NCBI RefSeq assembly: GCF_026210795.1
Contig: NC_089434.1
Location: forward strand, 2,852,001 to 2,916,000
DNA from: Rhizophagus irregularis
Taxonomy: Eukaryota
Length of the DNA: 64,000 nucleotides
Direction: 5' to 3'
Below, piece after piece: positions 51,396-64,000 of the stretch. The notes beneath the pieces are model-generated. The model saw only the letters and a list, made by a program, of their open reading frames with translations. It ran no database searches and was not told the DNA's origin. A program made the translations under genes and the position numbers. Each line of letters starts with the position of its first letter. Position 1 is the stretch's first letter.

Positions 51396-53384
51396 TAACC
51401 GCTTTTGCAGAATGGAGTGTCGATTTTAATAGTGGGCGCATCATTTGTTATTATGTTAGCATAGTTGCTTCTACTTTGATTGGGATATATCAAGGGGGGA
51501 GATCTAGAAAGTGTTAGTATTAGCGATTTTTCTTTTGAATTTTCTTTTAATTTTAATTTCTTTCTAGGAGACTATATAGCTTTGTTTTTAGTTAGTTTTT
51601 ATTTTATTTTTCTTTTTCTCTTATGTAATTTGGTAAAGTTTGATAAATAATTAATAAAGATAAAGACTGCTATGCCATGTTTGCTCAAAAGTGTGACTTA
51701 TGACCTGTTTTGGAGATATCTGGGGTCCTTAATTATGCGTAGCAGAGTATTAAATTATTAATAGTCAGATATATATTTGCATAGCAGGATAGAATTTTTT
51801 AATATATATATATATAATATAATATATATTTACATTTTTCACATTAAAAAAATTTAATAAAATATGTAAACAAAGTTATAAACATGTTTGTGTAAAAAAA
51901 ATTTACTATTTTTAATACAAAGAATAAGTTAATTGTATACGTAATACAGGAATCATTTTTAGACGTGATTGTGTAACATGTATTTGATAAAACAAATACG
52001 CGTCCGCATAACATTAAAATTATAAATCATATACGCGTTCATATAACAGTAAAAAAATATATATTGAAAATAAAAGCAACGGGTTGGTGGAAAGGGAAGA
52101 ATAAGTGTTTTTCTGTTTTTTTATAATTTTACACTATAATTTTTGTAATAATCAATAAAAGTTATTTCATTTTTACTTAGAAAATTTTTTAAAATATTTT
52201 TTTTGTCCGCGTATTGGTGGCGTTACAAAAAACATGAATAAATCCATAAATATCTATTAAATCATGATAAAAATTTATATGTATGTAGATTCGAAACTGC
52301 TGAACAACTTTACTTAAGACGGTTTTGGATGTTTCCTTTGACTAAAGTGCCTAAATTACGCTCTGAAGTCACAGAACAGATATACGAAATATTAATAAGA
52401 AACATTTATAAGTTGTAATATTACAAAAAAATAATAATAGCTTTATCCATACATTATTTCAAAAATTTTTGTTTTTTTAGTTTTTTTTATATACATATTT
52501 TATAAAAAAAATTATATATAAATATATATATGTCATAAAATAAATTGCTTAGCAGTGTAAAAAATTTATGGGTTAGATAAAAGTTTGCTTAGCAGACATG
52601 AAAAATATTTGCTTATTGACCTTAGTAAATTTTGAATTTTTCATCTGACCTATATATATATTGTTCAGGGTCCTTTTGGGATCTTTCAGTCACCAATCAG
52701 TCACCAATTAGTTACCAATCAGTTATCTGATTAGTGACTGATTGGTGACTGATTGATGCCTGATTTTTCACTTTTCGACCTGTGTTATATGTATTCTATA
52801 AATGTACATTCTCTTTAAATGCATTCTTAAACCTGATCCTAAGGGGAGTGCATTTATAGAGAGTTGACTGTATACTAATAAGCTCTGAACTACATAATGG
52901 TTTACCATTTCTCTAATTTATATCTTAAAAACATTTTTCTTTTTATTTAAATTATAAAATCTATAAAGAATTATCTTTTAAATAAAAAAAAATTTGAGTG
53001 ATTTCATCAAAAACTTATGTATTTTTATGTAATATGAAAATTACCAAGTATTATCTTTATAAAAAGTATTTATATTTAAAATATAATTAAAAACTTTTTA
53101 AAATATATTTTAATTTAAAAATTGCGAAATACTTATAATATACTTAAAATGTATTTAAAATTATCTTAAAATATATTTCTAATATATTTAATTTTTGTCC
53201 ATATACTTAAATTATATTTAAATTATACTTAAATTCACTAGTTGAAATAGGACAATTCAGCCTAAATTTAACCAGGTTAAATATAGGTTGAATAATGATC
53301 TAATCTGTGTCAAATTAAGGTCAAATTTTTGGACGCATTTAGAGTGCCAATCATCCCAAATTTGGACTAATTATTCAACCATTA

Positions 53385-53661
53385 CACTGGTAAAAAAATG
53401 ATTTATCTTACACATATCTTACACATATTGGGTACTTAAAATGTAGAAAATCATACACAAATAATACACATATCATACACATATCGGGTACTAATATATA
53501 TATCATACATATATCAGGTACCTGATAGGTATACTATATATATGTATTCGATATGTGTATGATATGTGTATTATTTGTGTATGATTTTCTACATTTTGAG
53601 TACCCGATATATGTAAAATATGTGTAGGATATGTGTAGGATAGACCATTTTTTTACCAGTG
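53385..53661. mobile_element. Fully palindromic CACTG MITE, copy 1
   Basis: cactggtaaaaaaatg ... catttttttaccagtg with a 3-bp TSD tta; hairpin centred on atcaggtacctgat. Confidence 0.9.
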
Positions 53662-55167
53662 TTATTTAGGCTTAAATTGACCAATATTCGATATTAAAAC
53701 TTTAAGCCGAATTATAGTCTAATAACAACCCATTTATTTATGAATTTATTTCAATTTTTTTTATCAAATTTATTAAATAAATATATTTATTAATGTTTAA
53801 ATACTTTATAATTATATTATTATTGTTGCATTTATTTAATTTACAAATAAATATTGCTAATTCAAATACAATTCTACAATTATATGATTCATATATTCAT
53901 ATATACGAATCTTTGATCGTTCTTTGGCAATTCATCTGAACCTATAAAAAAAGAGAAGAACGGTTAGTAACCGTTCATAATATTAAAAAAAATAAGAAAA
54001 AAAACTAAGATTCGTACTTACTTACAAATTTTTGGTTTTTTCTATTCTTCAAAAAACACCTGAAACACCCGAGACCTAAAAGAAAAAGAAAGAATGGTTA
54101 TTAGTAACCGTTCATAAAAAAAAAGAAAAAAAATAAACTAAGATTCGTACTTGTACTTACGAATCTTGTTTCTACTTTTTCTGAAGATCAGAAGCCAACC
54201 TGAAACCTAAAAAAAAGAAAAAAATGGTTTATTAGTAACTATTCATAATAATATTAAAAAAAAAAATAAATAAACCAAGATTTACAAATCTTGGTTCCAC
54301 TTTTTTGAAGATTGAAAGCCAACCCAAAACCTAAAAAAAAGAAAGGAACAGTTATTAATAACCATTCATAATAATATTTTAAAAAGATTTGTACTTACGA
54401 ATCTTTAGATTTTTCTGTTCCTCAGAAGTCCATGAACCTATAAAAAGAAAGAAAGAACAGTTAGTAAACCATTCATAATAATAAAAGAAAAAAAAATATA
54501 AAGATTCATACTTACTAATCTTTAGGTTTTTCCATTCTTCAGAAGTCCACGAACCTATAAAAAAAAAAAGAATAGTTAGTAAACCGTTCCTAATAATAAA
54601 AGAAAAATATATATATAAAGATTCGTACTTACGAATCTTTAGGTTTTTCTGTTTCTTAGAAGCCCACGAACCTATAAAAAGAAAGAAAGAATGGTTAGTA
54701 AACCGTTTGTAATAATAAAAGAATAAAAAATATAAAGATTCGTATTTATGAATCTTTAGGTTTTTGTTCTTTAGAAGCCTACCAAACCTATAAAAAAAAA
54801 AATACAAGAACAGTTAGTAAACCGTTCGTAATAATAAATAATAAAAAAATATAAAGATTTATACCTTACGAATCTTTGGATTTTTCCATTCTTCAGAAGT
54901 CCATCCAACTTATAAAAAAATACAAGAATGGTTAGTAAACTGTTCGTAATAATAAAAAAATAAAATAAAAAAAATACAAGATTCGTACAATAGAATCTTA
55001 CGAATTTTAGTTTCGCTATTCTTCAGAAGCCTACCAAATGGCTGAACCTATAAAAAAAGAACCATTTATATAATAGAAAAAAAAATAAAAAAAAATAAAC
55101 CAAGTTTCGTATTCGTATTTATAAAACTTGGTTTTTTTGTTCTTAAAAGACACCTGAACAGCCAAAT

Positions 55168-55446
55168 TACTGGTAAAAAAATGATTTATCCTACACATAT
55201 CTTACACATATTGGGTACTTAAAATGTAGAAAATCATACACAAATAATACACATATCATACACATATCGAGTACTAATATATATATCATACATATATCAG
55301 GTACCTGATAGGTATACTATATATATAAGTACCCGATATGTGTATGATATGTGTATTATTTGTGTATGATTTTCTACATTTTGAGTACCCGATATATGTA
55401 AGATATGTGTAGGATATGTGTAGGATAGACCATTTTTTTACCAGTG
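55168..55446. mobile_element. Fully palindromic CACTG MITE, copy 2
   Basis: Nearly identical to 53385-53661; it interrupts one array unit at gccaaa|cctata. Confidence 0.9.
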
Positions 55447-56112
55447 AAACCTATAAAAAAAAAGAAAAAATAGTTAGTAACTATTCATATAATAGAAAAA
55501 ACCAAAAAAATCAAGTTACAAAACTTGGTTTTCTATTTTTCGGAAGTACACCTGAACGGCTGAACCTATAAAAAAAATGAAAAGAATAGTTATTAGTATA
55601 AACCGTTCATAATATTTTTTAAAAAAAAAATAAATAAATAAAACCAAGATTCGTAAATATATTTACGAATCTTAGTTTTTTCCATTCTTCCAATCTGAAC
55701 CTAAAATAATAAAGAAAAAAATGGTTATTAATAACCGTTTGTTAATATTACAAAAAAAAACAAGAAGAATAAAACCAAGATTTGTACCAAGGATGATGAT
55801 TTTATAATGTGATAAAATACAAATTATTTATGTGCTAAAACAAAATTATGTGATTTAATTTTTTTCAAAAAAACTTCACATTATGTGATATTATTTGACG
55901 AAATGTGCATATTATTCGAAAAAATGCTTCATCCATTCATAAAAATGTGAATTTATTTTTGTAATCACATGACAATTACAACCAAAATAATTCTGATAAC
56001 GGCAGAAACTTTAGAAAAAACTGGTATTTTACTGCAGAATATGCGTTTTTAATATAGGAGTTATAAATTATGTGATATTATGCTGTGATAAAACTAAATT
56101 ATGCATTATCGC

Positions 56113-57424
56113 TAGAGCTCTGCAACCTGACCTGACAGATCGGGTGACCCGACAGGTTGACCCGAAATATTCAGGTCAGGTCATCAATTTCATGACCTGA
56201 CGCAGGTCGGGTCGGAGTCTATCGTACTGACCCGACCCATTGATCTGACATATATTTGGGTTAAATAAATTAAAAACACCGAAACTAATAGTTCCAGCGT
56301 TTTTACATGTAAAATCAAAAGGAAAAACACCGGAACTAATGATTCTGGCGTTTTTACATGTAAAATTGAAAAAAAACGCCGAAACTAATAGTTTCGGCAT
56401 TTTTACATGTAAAATCAAAATGAAAAATGCCAGAACTAATGATTTCAGCGTTTTTACATGTAAAATTGAAAAAAAAATGCCGGAACTAATGATTCTGGCA
56501 TTTTTACATGTAAAATCAAAAAGAAAAATGCTGGAACTAATGATTCTGGCGTTTTTACATGTAAAATCAAAAAAAAAATGCCGAAACTATCAGTTTTGGC
56601 ATTTTTACATGTAAAATCAATATGAAAAATGCCAGAACTAATGATTCCGGCGTTTTTACATGTAAAATTGAAAAAAAATGCCGGAACTATCAGTTTCGGC
56701 GTTTTTACATGTAAAATCAAAATGAAAAACGCCAGAACTAATGATTCCGGCATTTTTACATGTAAAATCAAAATGAAAAACGCCAGAACTCATGATTCCA
56801 GCGTTTTTACATGTAAAATCAAAAAAAACGCCAAAACTATCAGTTTCGGCATTTTTACATGTAAAATCAATATGAAAAATGCCGGAACTAATAATTCCGG
56901 CGTTTTTACATGTAAAATTGAAAAAAAAAATGCCGGAACTATCAGTTTCAGTATTTTTACATGTAAAATCAATATGAAAAATGCCGGAACTAATGATTCC
57001 GGCATTTTTGCATGTAAAATCAAAATGAAAAATGCCGAAACTAATGATTCTGGCATTTTTACATCTAAGATCGAAACAAAAATGCCGAAACAAATAGTTT
57101 CAGCGTTTTTATATATAAAAATAAAAGTAAAACACCGGGACCTGACGTTTTTTCAATAAAAATCTTTTTTTTTAAATTAAAAACGTTGAACCTGCCGTTT
57201 TTTGTATAATTAATAAAAAAAAATGTTACATACCGTTTTTTTAATTGAAATATTTAATAATAAAACTTCAGGTAACCTGAGTTACCCAAAGTGACCCGAA
57301 TACTTTCGGGTCAAATGGGTCAGGTCGGGTCAGAACGGTTTACCTGACCCGACCTGACCTGAAAAAAAATTTTGGTTCGGGTTAACCAGGTAACCCGATC
57401 TGACCTGAACCGTGCGGAGCTCTA
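56113..57424. mobile_element. hAT-like non-autonomous element with ACC(C/T)GA subterminal repeats
   Basis: Ends tagagctctgca / tgcggagctcta; dense acccga/acctga motifs at both ends. TSD not recognised. Confidence 0.7.
56272..57110. repeat. ~50-bp minisatellite, about 16 copies, inside the hAT-like element
   Basis: Unit aaaaa(t/c)gccggaactaatgattccggc(g/a)tttttacatgtaaaatcaaa; each unit is itself palindromic. Confidence 0.9.
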
Positions 57425-58561
57425 CACCTGAGTGGCGAAACTAAAAAAAAAGTAAAAAAGAACGGTTAGTATTAACCGTTCATATTTTATTAAAAAAAAA
57501 TGAAAAAAATCTAAAGAATTCGTACTTACGAATCTTTGCAGAAACTAAAAAAAAAAGTAAAAAAGAATAGTTTGTATTAACTATTTATATTTTATTAAAA
57601 AAAAGGGACGAAAGGAAGTGAAAGGGGAAAGGGAAAAAGGGAAGGAAGGGAAGGAAGGGAAAGGAGAATGAAGGAAGGAAAAGGGAAAGAAGGAAAAGGG
57701 GAGGGAAAGGAAGAAATTAAAAAAGTTTTAAAAAGGATGTATAAGAGATCCTTTTTTAAACTTTTAATATGCGTATCGCATAATGTGTAACATTTAATTA
57801 GTAACATAATTCAACTGTAAATCATCAAATATAGGCCAATTTGTATTAAAGCCGAATATTCCAAGTCGATCGTGTTGTTAATAAAAAAATCAATAAAAAA
57901 AAGTACTGGTCGATTTATGGTTTTTTTTTATATTACAACTCAACCAAAAATCGACAAAAAATCGACCAGTTGATTTATGCCAAATTTTTTCTGATTTTTA
58001 TAATTAACCGAATGTGTAACGAATCATGTGATTGATTTGCCAAATTATTGCCGAAAGGTCTTATTGACGAAATAAATGATTTTGACCAGTGCTAGCACTA
58101 ATTTTAATAATTGACCAATTGTATATGTATAATAAAATATAAACATGCCAAAAAAACTACTAGAAATCAAATTTATTATGGAATACAATTACTTAGTATG
58201 TTGAGAAATAATATAGTTCATTATATATAATCAACTCTGCAATATTGTGAAGAGGGAAAATTCTGTGCTCTGCACTCATGATGTTTACAATGTTGGCAAC
58301 CAGGATCATAGTGCAGCTTTTTGTGTATTCTATTCACAATTATTTAGGATGTGCCAAGATAATGGAGTTATTGATCTGGAAAAGTTTAGTTTATTTGTGT
58401 ATTTATTTATCTTAGATAGGTAGATGATATAAATTTTAGTATTTTAATAAATTTGTTGATTAATTAATTAATTTATTAAATGTATTCTATTTAGGCAAGT
58501 TCTTTGATGCTTATTTAAATTGTAAAATTAGTTATAAGACTAGAATAATTATAACCATGCA

Positions 58562-58870
58562 AGGACCCCAAATAATACTAATATAACTTACAAGTAAACT
58601 TTAAGTACTGAAGTGAAAATACATTTTATGACATAACTTTGTCAATATTGAAGCTAGAAATGCAATTTTACTGTCATTAAAATCCTCTCATCAAGACGAA
58701 TCCAATGACATAAATTTAATTAAAATTAAATCACTGGTTGTATTAAAAACAAGGGTATGTAGGATAACAAAATTTTGAAAATATATATGTAATACGCAAC
58801 TTTTGAAAAATTTTAATATAAACTTTACGCAAACTTAAATGTAAGTTATATTAGTATTGTTTAGGGTCCT
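58562..58870. mobile_element. MITE with AGGACCC ends
   Basis: aggaccccaaataatactaatataacttaca / tgtaagttatattagtattgtttagggtcct; flanks accatgca / gccatgcg (6 of 8 match). Confidence 0.8.
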
Positions 58871-61609
58871 GCCATGCGCGTTTATTTCTTTTTTAACTTT
58901 TAGAAATCCTATATTGAAAAAACTAGTAAAAAAACTTCTAAAGAGTGGTATTCTATAAATTGAAGTTTTATTTCAATTCAGAGTTATAATATATTTAAAA
59001 GTCTTGTTAAATCCTTGATTTTATTAATTATTTCATATCGTAATTATTATGAAGACTATTTGCTACTATCATGGGAGTATGAAATAAAGGTTTTAAAACA
59101 TGTATTTGGAATTACATATCAATTAATACTAGATTTTACTTTTTATGAGTTTTTTAAAATCCTCTAACGAGTTATACATTATAACAAAATTCTTTAAACT
59201 GGAAATTTTAGTATGAAAAAAGAAAAAATTTCAGCAATAGATTTGTTTAGTTTATTTTAATCATTTTTTCAATATTATTTACTTTAACTAATAATACTCT
59301 TAATAATTAGGTTATATTTTTGATTTTGATTCAAATAACATGAGTATTGAGGTTTTTTAAACTCTTACGCCAATGGTCAATATAAAATGAAATTTATTAA
59401 ATAATTTAAATCACTTATGCGAATGCTAAAAAATTTGCTTGGCTAATGACTTTATTAAAATTTAGAGCAGATTTATACTCTTTTATATATGTTTATAATT
59501 TTCATTCAGAAATTGAAGTTGAATATATAAAAAAAATCCTGCAACTAATTTCAATATTAATAATAATTTAATTTTTGAAAATGATCAACTAGTTGATGTA
59601 GCAAAAAAGATGGCTTGAGTAGCATATATTAATTAATATAAAAAGTTTTAACTTACTGAAAATTCTAATATTAATAGTAATAATGATGAACTTCTTAATA
59701 ATAAATTAGATAATTTGAATGAATATTTAGCGTCTGATCAAGTAATTAAAAAGATAATAACAATGAATGTAATAATGTTGATAAAATCAATTCTAATGAA
59801 TTATTTATTTTTTAAATCACTAAAGAAGTGCAAATTTACTATCAAAAGTAACTGAATCTGAAGAACTCTTATGATAATAATGAATTAGATATATTAAAAG
59901 TACTAAATATTTATAAATCACATAATGCATTCTTAAAAGCTGATCATTTACGAGAAATCTGAAATCATTTGGCTGTAAATTTGAATAAAGGTTCGCAAAA
60001 TAGAATTGAAAGAAATACTGCAAATAAACTTGTATGCAGTCTTTAAAAAAATGATTCTTATATTAAAAACTGACTAAAATTTAACCGCTAGAAGATGAAA
60101 AACATGCAGAAAGTATTAGCATTTCTAGAACAATTTTAGGTAATTTATATACTATTATTTTGACCTTAATTTAAATAAAAAATGATTAATTATTATTTTT
60201 TCTTACAATAGTACAAAACTTAAAAAGTGCTAGTGTATCTGAAAAATGCCTATTAGAAAATAACATAGACTTATTATTGTATATATAAGTAAAAGACTTT
60301 ATATTTGCTAAATTCTTGCCAAGTATCAAAAGATTAGTAATCAGCATTTCTTTGTATGTTCTGGTATAAATTCAGTAGATTCTCTTTTATTCATCTCTAT
60401 TATTTTTTATCATTATTTATCTGAAAATTATTTTACATGTCAGTTACTTGTAATAGATAATAGTAATCTATTTATTCACTTATCAGCCAAAAATATTGTT
60501 TATTATCTTGGTAATATATTACCTTTTAATTTTATTAATCATAAGATACTTAAACTTGATAGTAATGAATACAGAATTTTTTCTTTTTTTCAACAAGAAG
60601 TAATTATGAACACTTTAAAAATAATTTATCAGCATTAGTAATAATTAATTTCTGTAATTTTTTTACTAATTATATTGTATTTTGTATTTGTATATTGTAT
60701 TTACTAATGCTAAACTAATATAATTGATTAATAAATAATAAAATAATAAAATTTATGTAACTGTAAAATTTAAGGTAAAGTTATATATTAATCTAAAAAA
60801 GTAACTGAAATGTTGGTAAGATTAATTAGTAAGAAAAAAAAATGGATATATAAAAGTTGGATTTCTTTCAGTAAACTATTTTAGTAGTAGGCAGGGTCCT
60901 GTAAAATTACTATAATAGGTAAAGTAACAAATACTTTACAAGATTTAAAAATTAAAGAACAAGTTAAATTAGCTCTGTGGCAAAAAATACTGAAAAAATA
61001 GTACTAATATCAAAATTGGAATTTCATAGAAGTTTGAACAGTATTAAAAATTTAAATACATTAATATTTTATTGTAAAGAAATTAGAAGGAAAAAGAGAG
61101 TAAATGGCATTACTCATAAACATGTAATTGCCCAATATACAATTAAAAGTCATAAAATCCAGGCTAGGTTATGGTATTAATATAGATAAGTATATATATA
61201 ATTAGTCATTCTTATTTTGTTTTTTATTTTTTTTATGAGATAGCTAATGTTTAAAAAACAAAATTATCAAAATGGAAAAAATAAATAATTAATTCAATTT
61301 GTTTTTACATTATTCTCTATTTGATAATATTTATATAAAGCTATTTAATTAGAAAGAAAAATATATAAATATAATATCTACTGAATTTTTATTTCTCACA
61401 TTATTTCATATTTGATAATATTTATATATGCCAAATTTTATTTGAAAGAAAAATATATAAACTACTTTTATATTGTTTTATTGAATTATTTGTTATATTT
61501 TCATTATTTTGTATCAGATAGTATATACATACAGCTAATAAAGAAAGAATTATACATGCATGCTATTTATAGCATGTAGATAGAGAAAGAAAAAAAATAT
61601 AAGATTAGT

Positions 61610-61962
61610 AGTAAAGATAAAAAAATGAAATCAAATAGTAAAAAATATGATAAGAAAAATGTGAATATAGAAATTTTCAGTAATAAAACTAATTGGAACA
61701 AATGGAATGATTTAGCATTTTATTGGAAAGGTTATTGGGCAAATTTTTAGATAGTCACTTAAAATTTTTTGATTGTATCATTGTTTTTAATGATGATATA
61801 ATCATTTAGGTAACAGGTTGACTTTTTTTTTAGAGGAGTGGTTTTATTTCATAATGCTTAATTCTTATATATTTTTTGTTTTTCTTATTTTTTATAAGTT
61901 TAATATATGTAAGTATAGTTATATTAGGACAAGATCACATCTATAATAAATAAAAAAAAAAA
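61610..61962 (+). mobile_element. Decayed 3' end of a LINE of the same family as 37431-38609
   Basis: aattggaacaaatggaatgatttagcatt...gggcaaatttttag...tttaggtaacaggt...ctataataaa followed by an A-run aligns with 38317-38609. Confidence 0.8.
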
Positions 61963-62609
61963 TTAATACCTAAAACTGGCCAAACTATTTTTGAATTTTT
62001 TAGTTAAAAAATAATACATTAATTAATATAATTTTTTGTATTTTTTTATATAAAAATATTGATGAATAACCAAAACTAAATCTGAAATCACTATTTTATT
62101 AAAATTAGTTTTAGATAGCAAAATTCAGTGTCCTAGGATTCTATTTAATTTAATAATAATTTAAGTATTACAATTAAAGTTTAAGTTATGAATTCTAAAG
62201 AAAAAAAATTAGAAAATTAATTGTAATAATAAAATTTTGGGATTATAAGAAAAATAATTCAGAAATGAAGTACAAATTAGATATATATATTAAAAATAAA
62301 AAATCTAAAAATATCAAATAAAGGTTTTGTTGTTCAGAAAGTTAGCTTATTTAAAGTGTTTTGTTGTAAATTTGTGCTTCAAACTTTTAAACAAAATTGC
62401 ATCATTAAAAAAAAAGGAAGAATAATGAAAATTGTAAATTTGGAAATAATATTCAAAAGAATGAGAAAGAAAAATTTAAAAGCAATAGAAGAAGTATATA
62501 TAAAGAAAAGAAATGAATTCAAAATCAATGGTTTCAACTTAAAAGAAAGATATGTATTAAAGAAGTATACTTTCTATGTTTATTCGCGTAAGTATCGTGA
62601 TCTATTGAT

Positions 62610-63047
62610 GCACGTCTGAAATGTGTGCCAGGTTGATGGCGCAGTGTGACGCAGTAATTTCAAAAAAAAATTAAGTTAAAGATTTTCTTTTTAATGTAAA
62701 GCTTTCAACTTTATGCATTAGATGTATTTTCATCTGTTTTACAAAATTCACTTATAAATGGAAGGAGGTTTTGGAAGTAGATTTTGACTTTAGTATATAA
62801 CAACCAATTTTATCGTCTTTGCCGATCATTTCCAAAATTGGATTTGTTGAAAAAACAGTTTTTGTTAAATAACTCGAAAATGGCCTTCTAAACCACCTGT
62901 ATATTCTCTAAGTAAATTTGCAGAGCGGACGAAAATACATCTAGTGCAGGAATTTAAAGGGTTTATTTTAAATAAAAAAAAATTGTAATTTAATTTTTTT
63001 GGAAAAATCGCTGCGCCACACTGCGCCATCAACCTGGCACACATTCC
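62610..63047. mobile_element. MULE-like MITE
   Basis: TIR aatgtgtgccaggttgatggcgcagtgtg(a/g)cgcag at both ends; 9-bp direct repeat tctattgat at 62601-62609 and 63048-63056. Confidence 0.75.
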
Positions 63048-63143
63048 TCTATTGATTTATGATGACGTCATTCGCGATAGTTATTTTTTTTTTTTAGAAC
63101 GTGATTTTTCTTCACTCGCAATTTATTTTCATTTACGAGTTTC

Positions 63144-64000
63144 ATGGCTGACTTCTTTGATTTAAGCGAGGAAATCGTAAAATTACAAGATACCATTTAT
63201 CCGATTTCAAATGAATTGCCAATTTCTAATTTGGCTGCCACTGAAATCGAAAGGTTGTTGAACGGTAAAGTAAAATATCTTTTTTTCAATTTTTGCATAA
63301 GACCATACTGCATCTTGGAGCTATAACTTTCTTTTATTTTTATTGTTATTCAGATATTGTTGACAAAATAAGCGTGTATTCTTATGCGATAGCAAATGTG
63401 GAGCTTTTTAGTGTTTTATGTAGTTTCATAAAGTAATGACCTTATCTCTTCCTGTTTCAAATAGTTTATTAGACATTTAATAAGTGAATTTATTATTTTT
63501 CTAGAAACTTTGATTCATTGAAACCTGCTACGTTAAATCGTGTACTTGATATAATCTTATCAGGTGTGAAATAATTTCAATACATTTTTAAGTTAAAAAA
63601 TAAGTTAATTAATTGTACATGTATTATAGGCTTAAAAAGCGAATGTGCAAATACGTCAGATAGTTTAGATGCTGATGATGAAAGCACTTACAGCAAACAT
63701 CGTGTTGCCTTGGAAATTTATGGATTTTTTTTGTATTGGTTTATTATTAATGCAGAAGATAAAGCAGTATCTAAAAATGATGCAAATGGAGGAAGTGGCG
63801 TGAGGACAAAGGTTTTTATAACAAGTTGTTTGCTAGATCTATTGGTAATATGTATTATTACGAATTCATAGTTATTCTTTATTTATTAGAGAGCAAGACA
63901 GCCTAAATCAAAAACCACATCAAATAATCACGAAGATTGGGATTGGTCTACTCAAAGAGAGGAAGTTCTAGCTTTAATGACGAAGGTGTTGGAACTTAGA
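63144..64000 (+). CDS. CND1: Condensin complex subunit 1 (Cnd1/Ycs4/CAP-D2), 5' part, runs off the window
   Basis: Exons translate to MADFFDLSEEI..., VLDIILSG, HRVALEIYGFFLYWFI and DWDWSTQREEVLALMTKVLELR, resembling the fungal Cnd1 N-terminal domain. Confidence 0.75.

Larger units (their letters stand above)
43566..51687 (+). mobile_element. Near full-length non-LTR retrotransposon (LINE), inactivated
   Basis: 12-bp TSD aaagtgtgactt at 43554-43565 and 51688-51699; two-ORF layout; higher GC than the flanks. Confidence 0.93.
43299..51729. mobile_element. ~300-bp MITE with AGGACCCC ends, split by the LINE (43299-43565 + 51700-51729)
   Basis: TIRs aggaccccggatatct..aggtcataa / ttatgacct..agatatctggggtcct; perfect 8-bp TSD taattatg at 43291-43298 and 51730-51737; long internal palindrome at about 43372-43525. 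Confidence 0.85.
43171..52674. mobile_element. TIR element with AGGACC ends; second layer of the nest
   Basis: Left aggacctgaacaatatatata, right tatatatattgttcagggtcct. Flanks ttcggagt / tttgggat differ only by transitions, so they may be a decayed 8-bp TSD. Confidence 0.65.
42862..52870. mobile_element. Tc1/mariner-pogo type non-autonomous element; outermost layer of a nested insertion
   Basis: TIRs cagtcaactctctataaat(a/g)cac at both ends, each flanked by TA. Confidence 0.8.
53236..58091. mobile_element. Non-autonomous CACTA/CMC-like element, copy 2 (same orientation as copy 1), with about 15 double-hairpin units and nested insertions
   Basis: Ends cactagttgaaat / attttgaccagtg; the array start, repeat units, purine tract and post-tract sequence are homologous to 39694-42743. 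No matching TSD seen. Confidence 0.72.

Noticed and set aside
43138..52784. A fifth nesting layer with CACAGGTC-like ends
   Set aside because: The right end (gacctgtg) is clear but the left match is weak and no TSD was found.
54379..54807. 142-aa minus-strand ORF
   Set aside because: It is read-through of repeat units including their intron-like parts; not a credible protein as called.
56176..57159. ORFs of 80-176 aa on both strands
   Set aside because: They are translations of the ~50-bp minisatellite.
58900..60300. Decayed coding-like sequence, possibly an old transposase
   Set aside because: Too many stops to recover a diagnostic motif by eye; needs a translated HMM search.

Overview
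Very AT-rich eukaryotic DNA with short GT-AG introns. The kinase family and the transposon content point to an arbuscular mycorrhizal fungus (Glomeromycotina, Rhizophagus-like); this assignment is inference. The left part (1-36 kb) is genic: a TKL-type kinase, three paralogous 3-exon genes with a Cys/His-rich N-terminus plus a putative ubiquitin-like domain, two N/Q-rich genes sharing an FEIPG motif, a divergent Spt5-like gene head-to-head with an alpha-tubulin acetyltransferase, a tandem LITAF array (4 intact-looking copies, 2 reduced copies) and a sugar porter. The right part (36-63 kb) is a transposon graveyard. It holds a near full-length decayed LINE nested inside three TIR elements, flanked by two CACTA-like elements. 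The interiors of those two elements are tandem arrays of hairpin-bearing intron plus micro-exon units on the minus strand, the most unusual feature I found. The window ends in the 5' part of a condensin subunit 1 gene. Exon boundaries were read by eye and have no transcript support.
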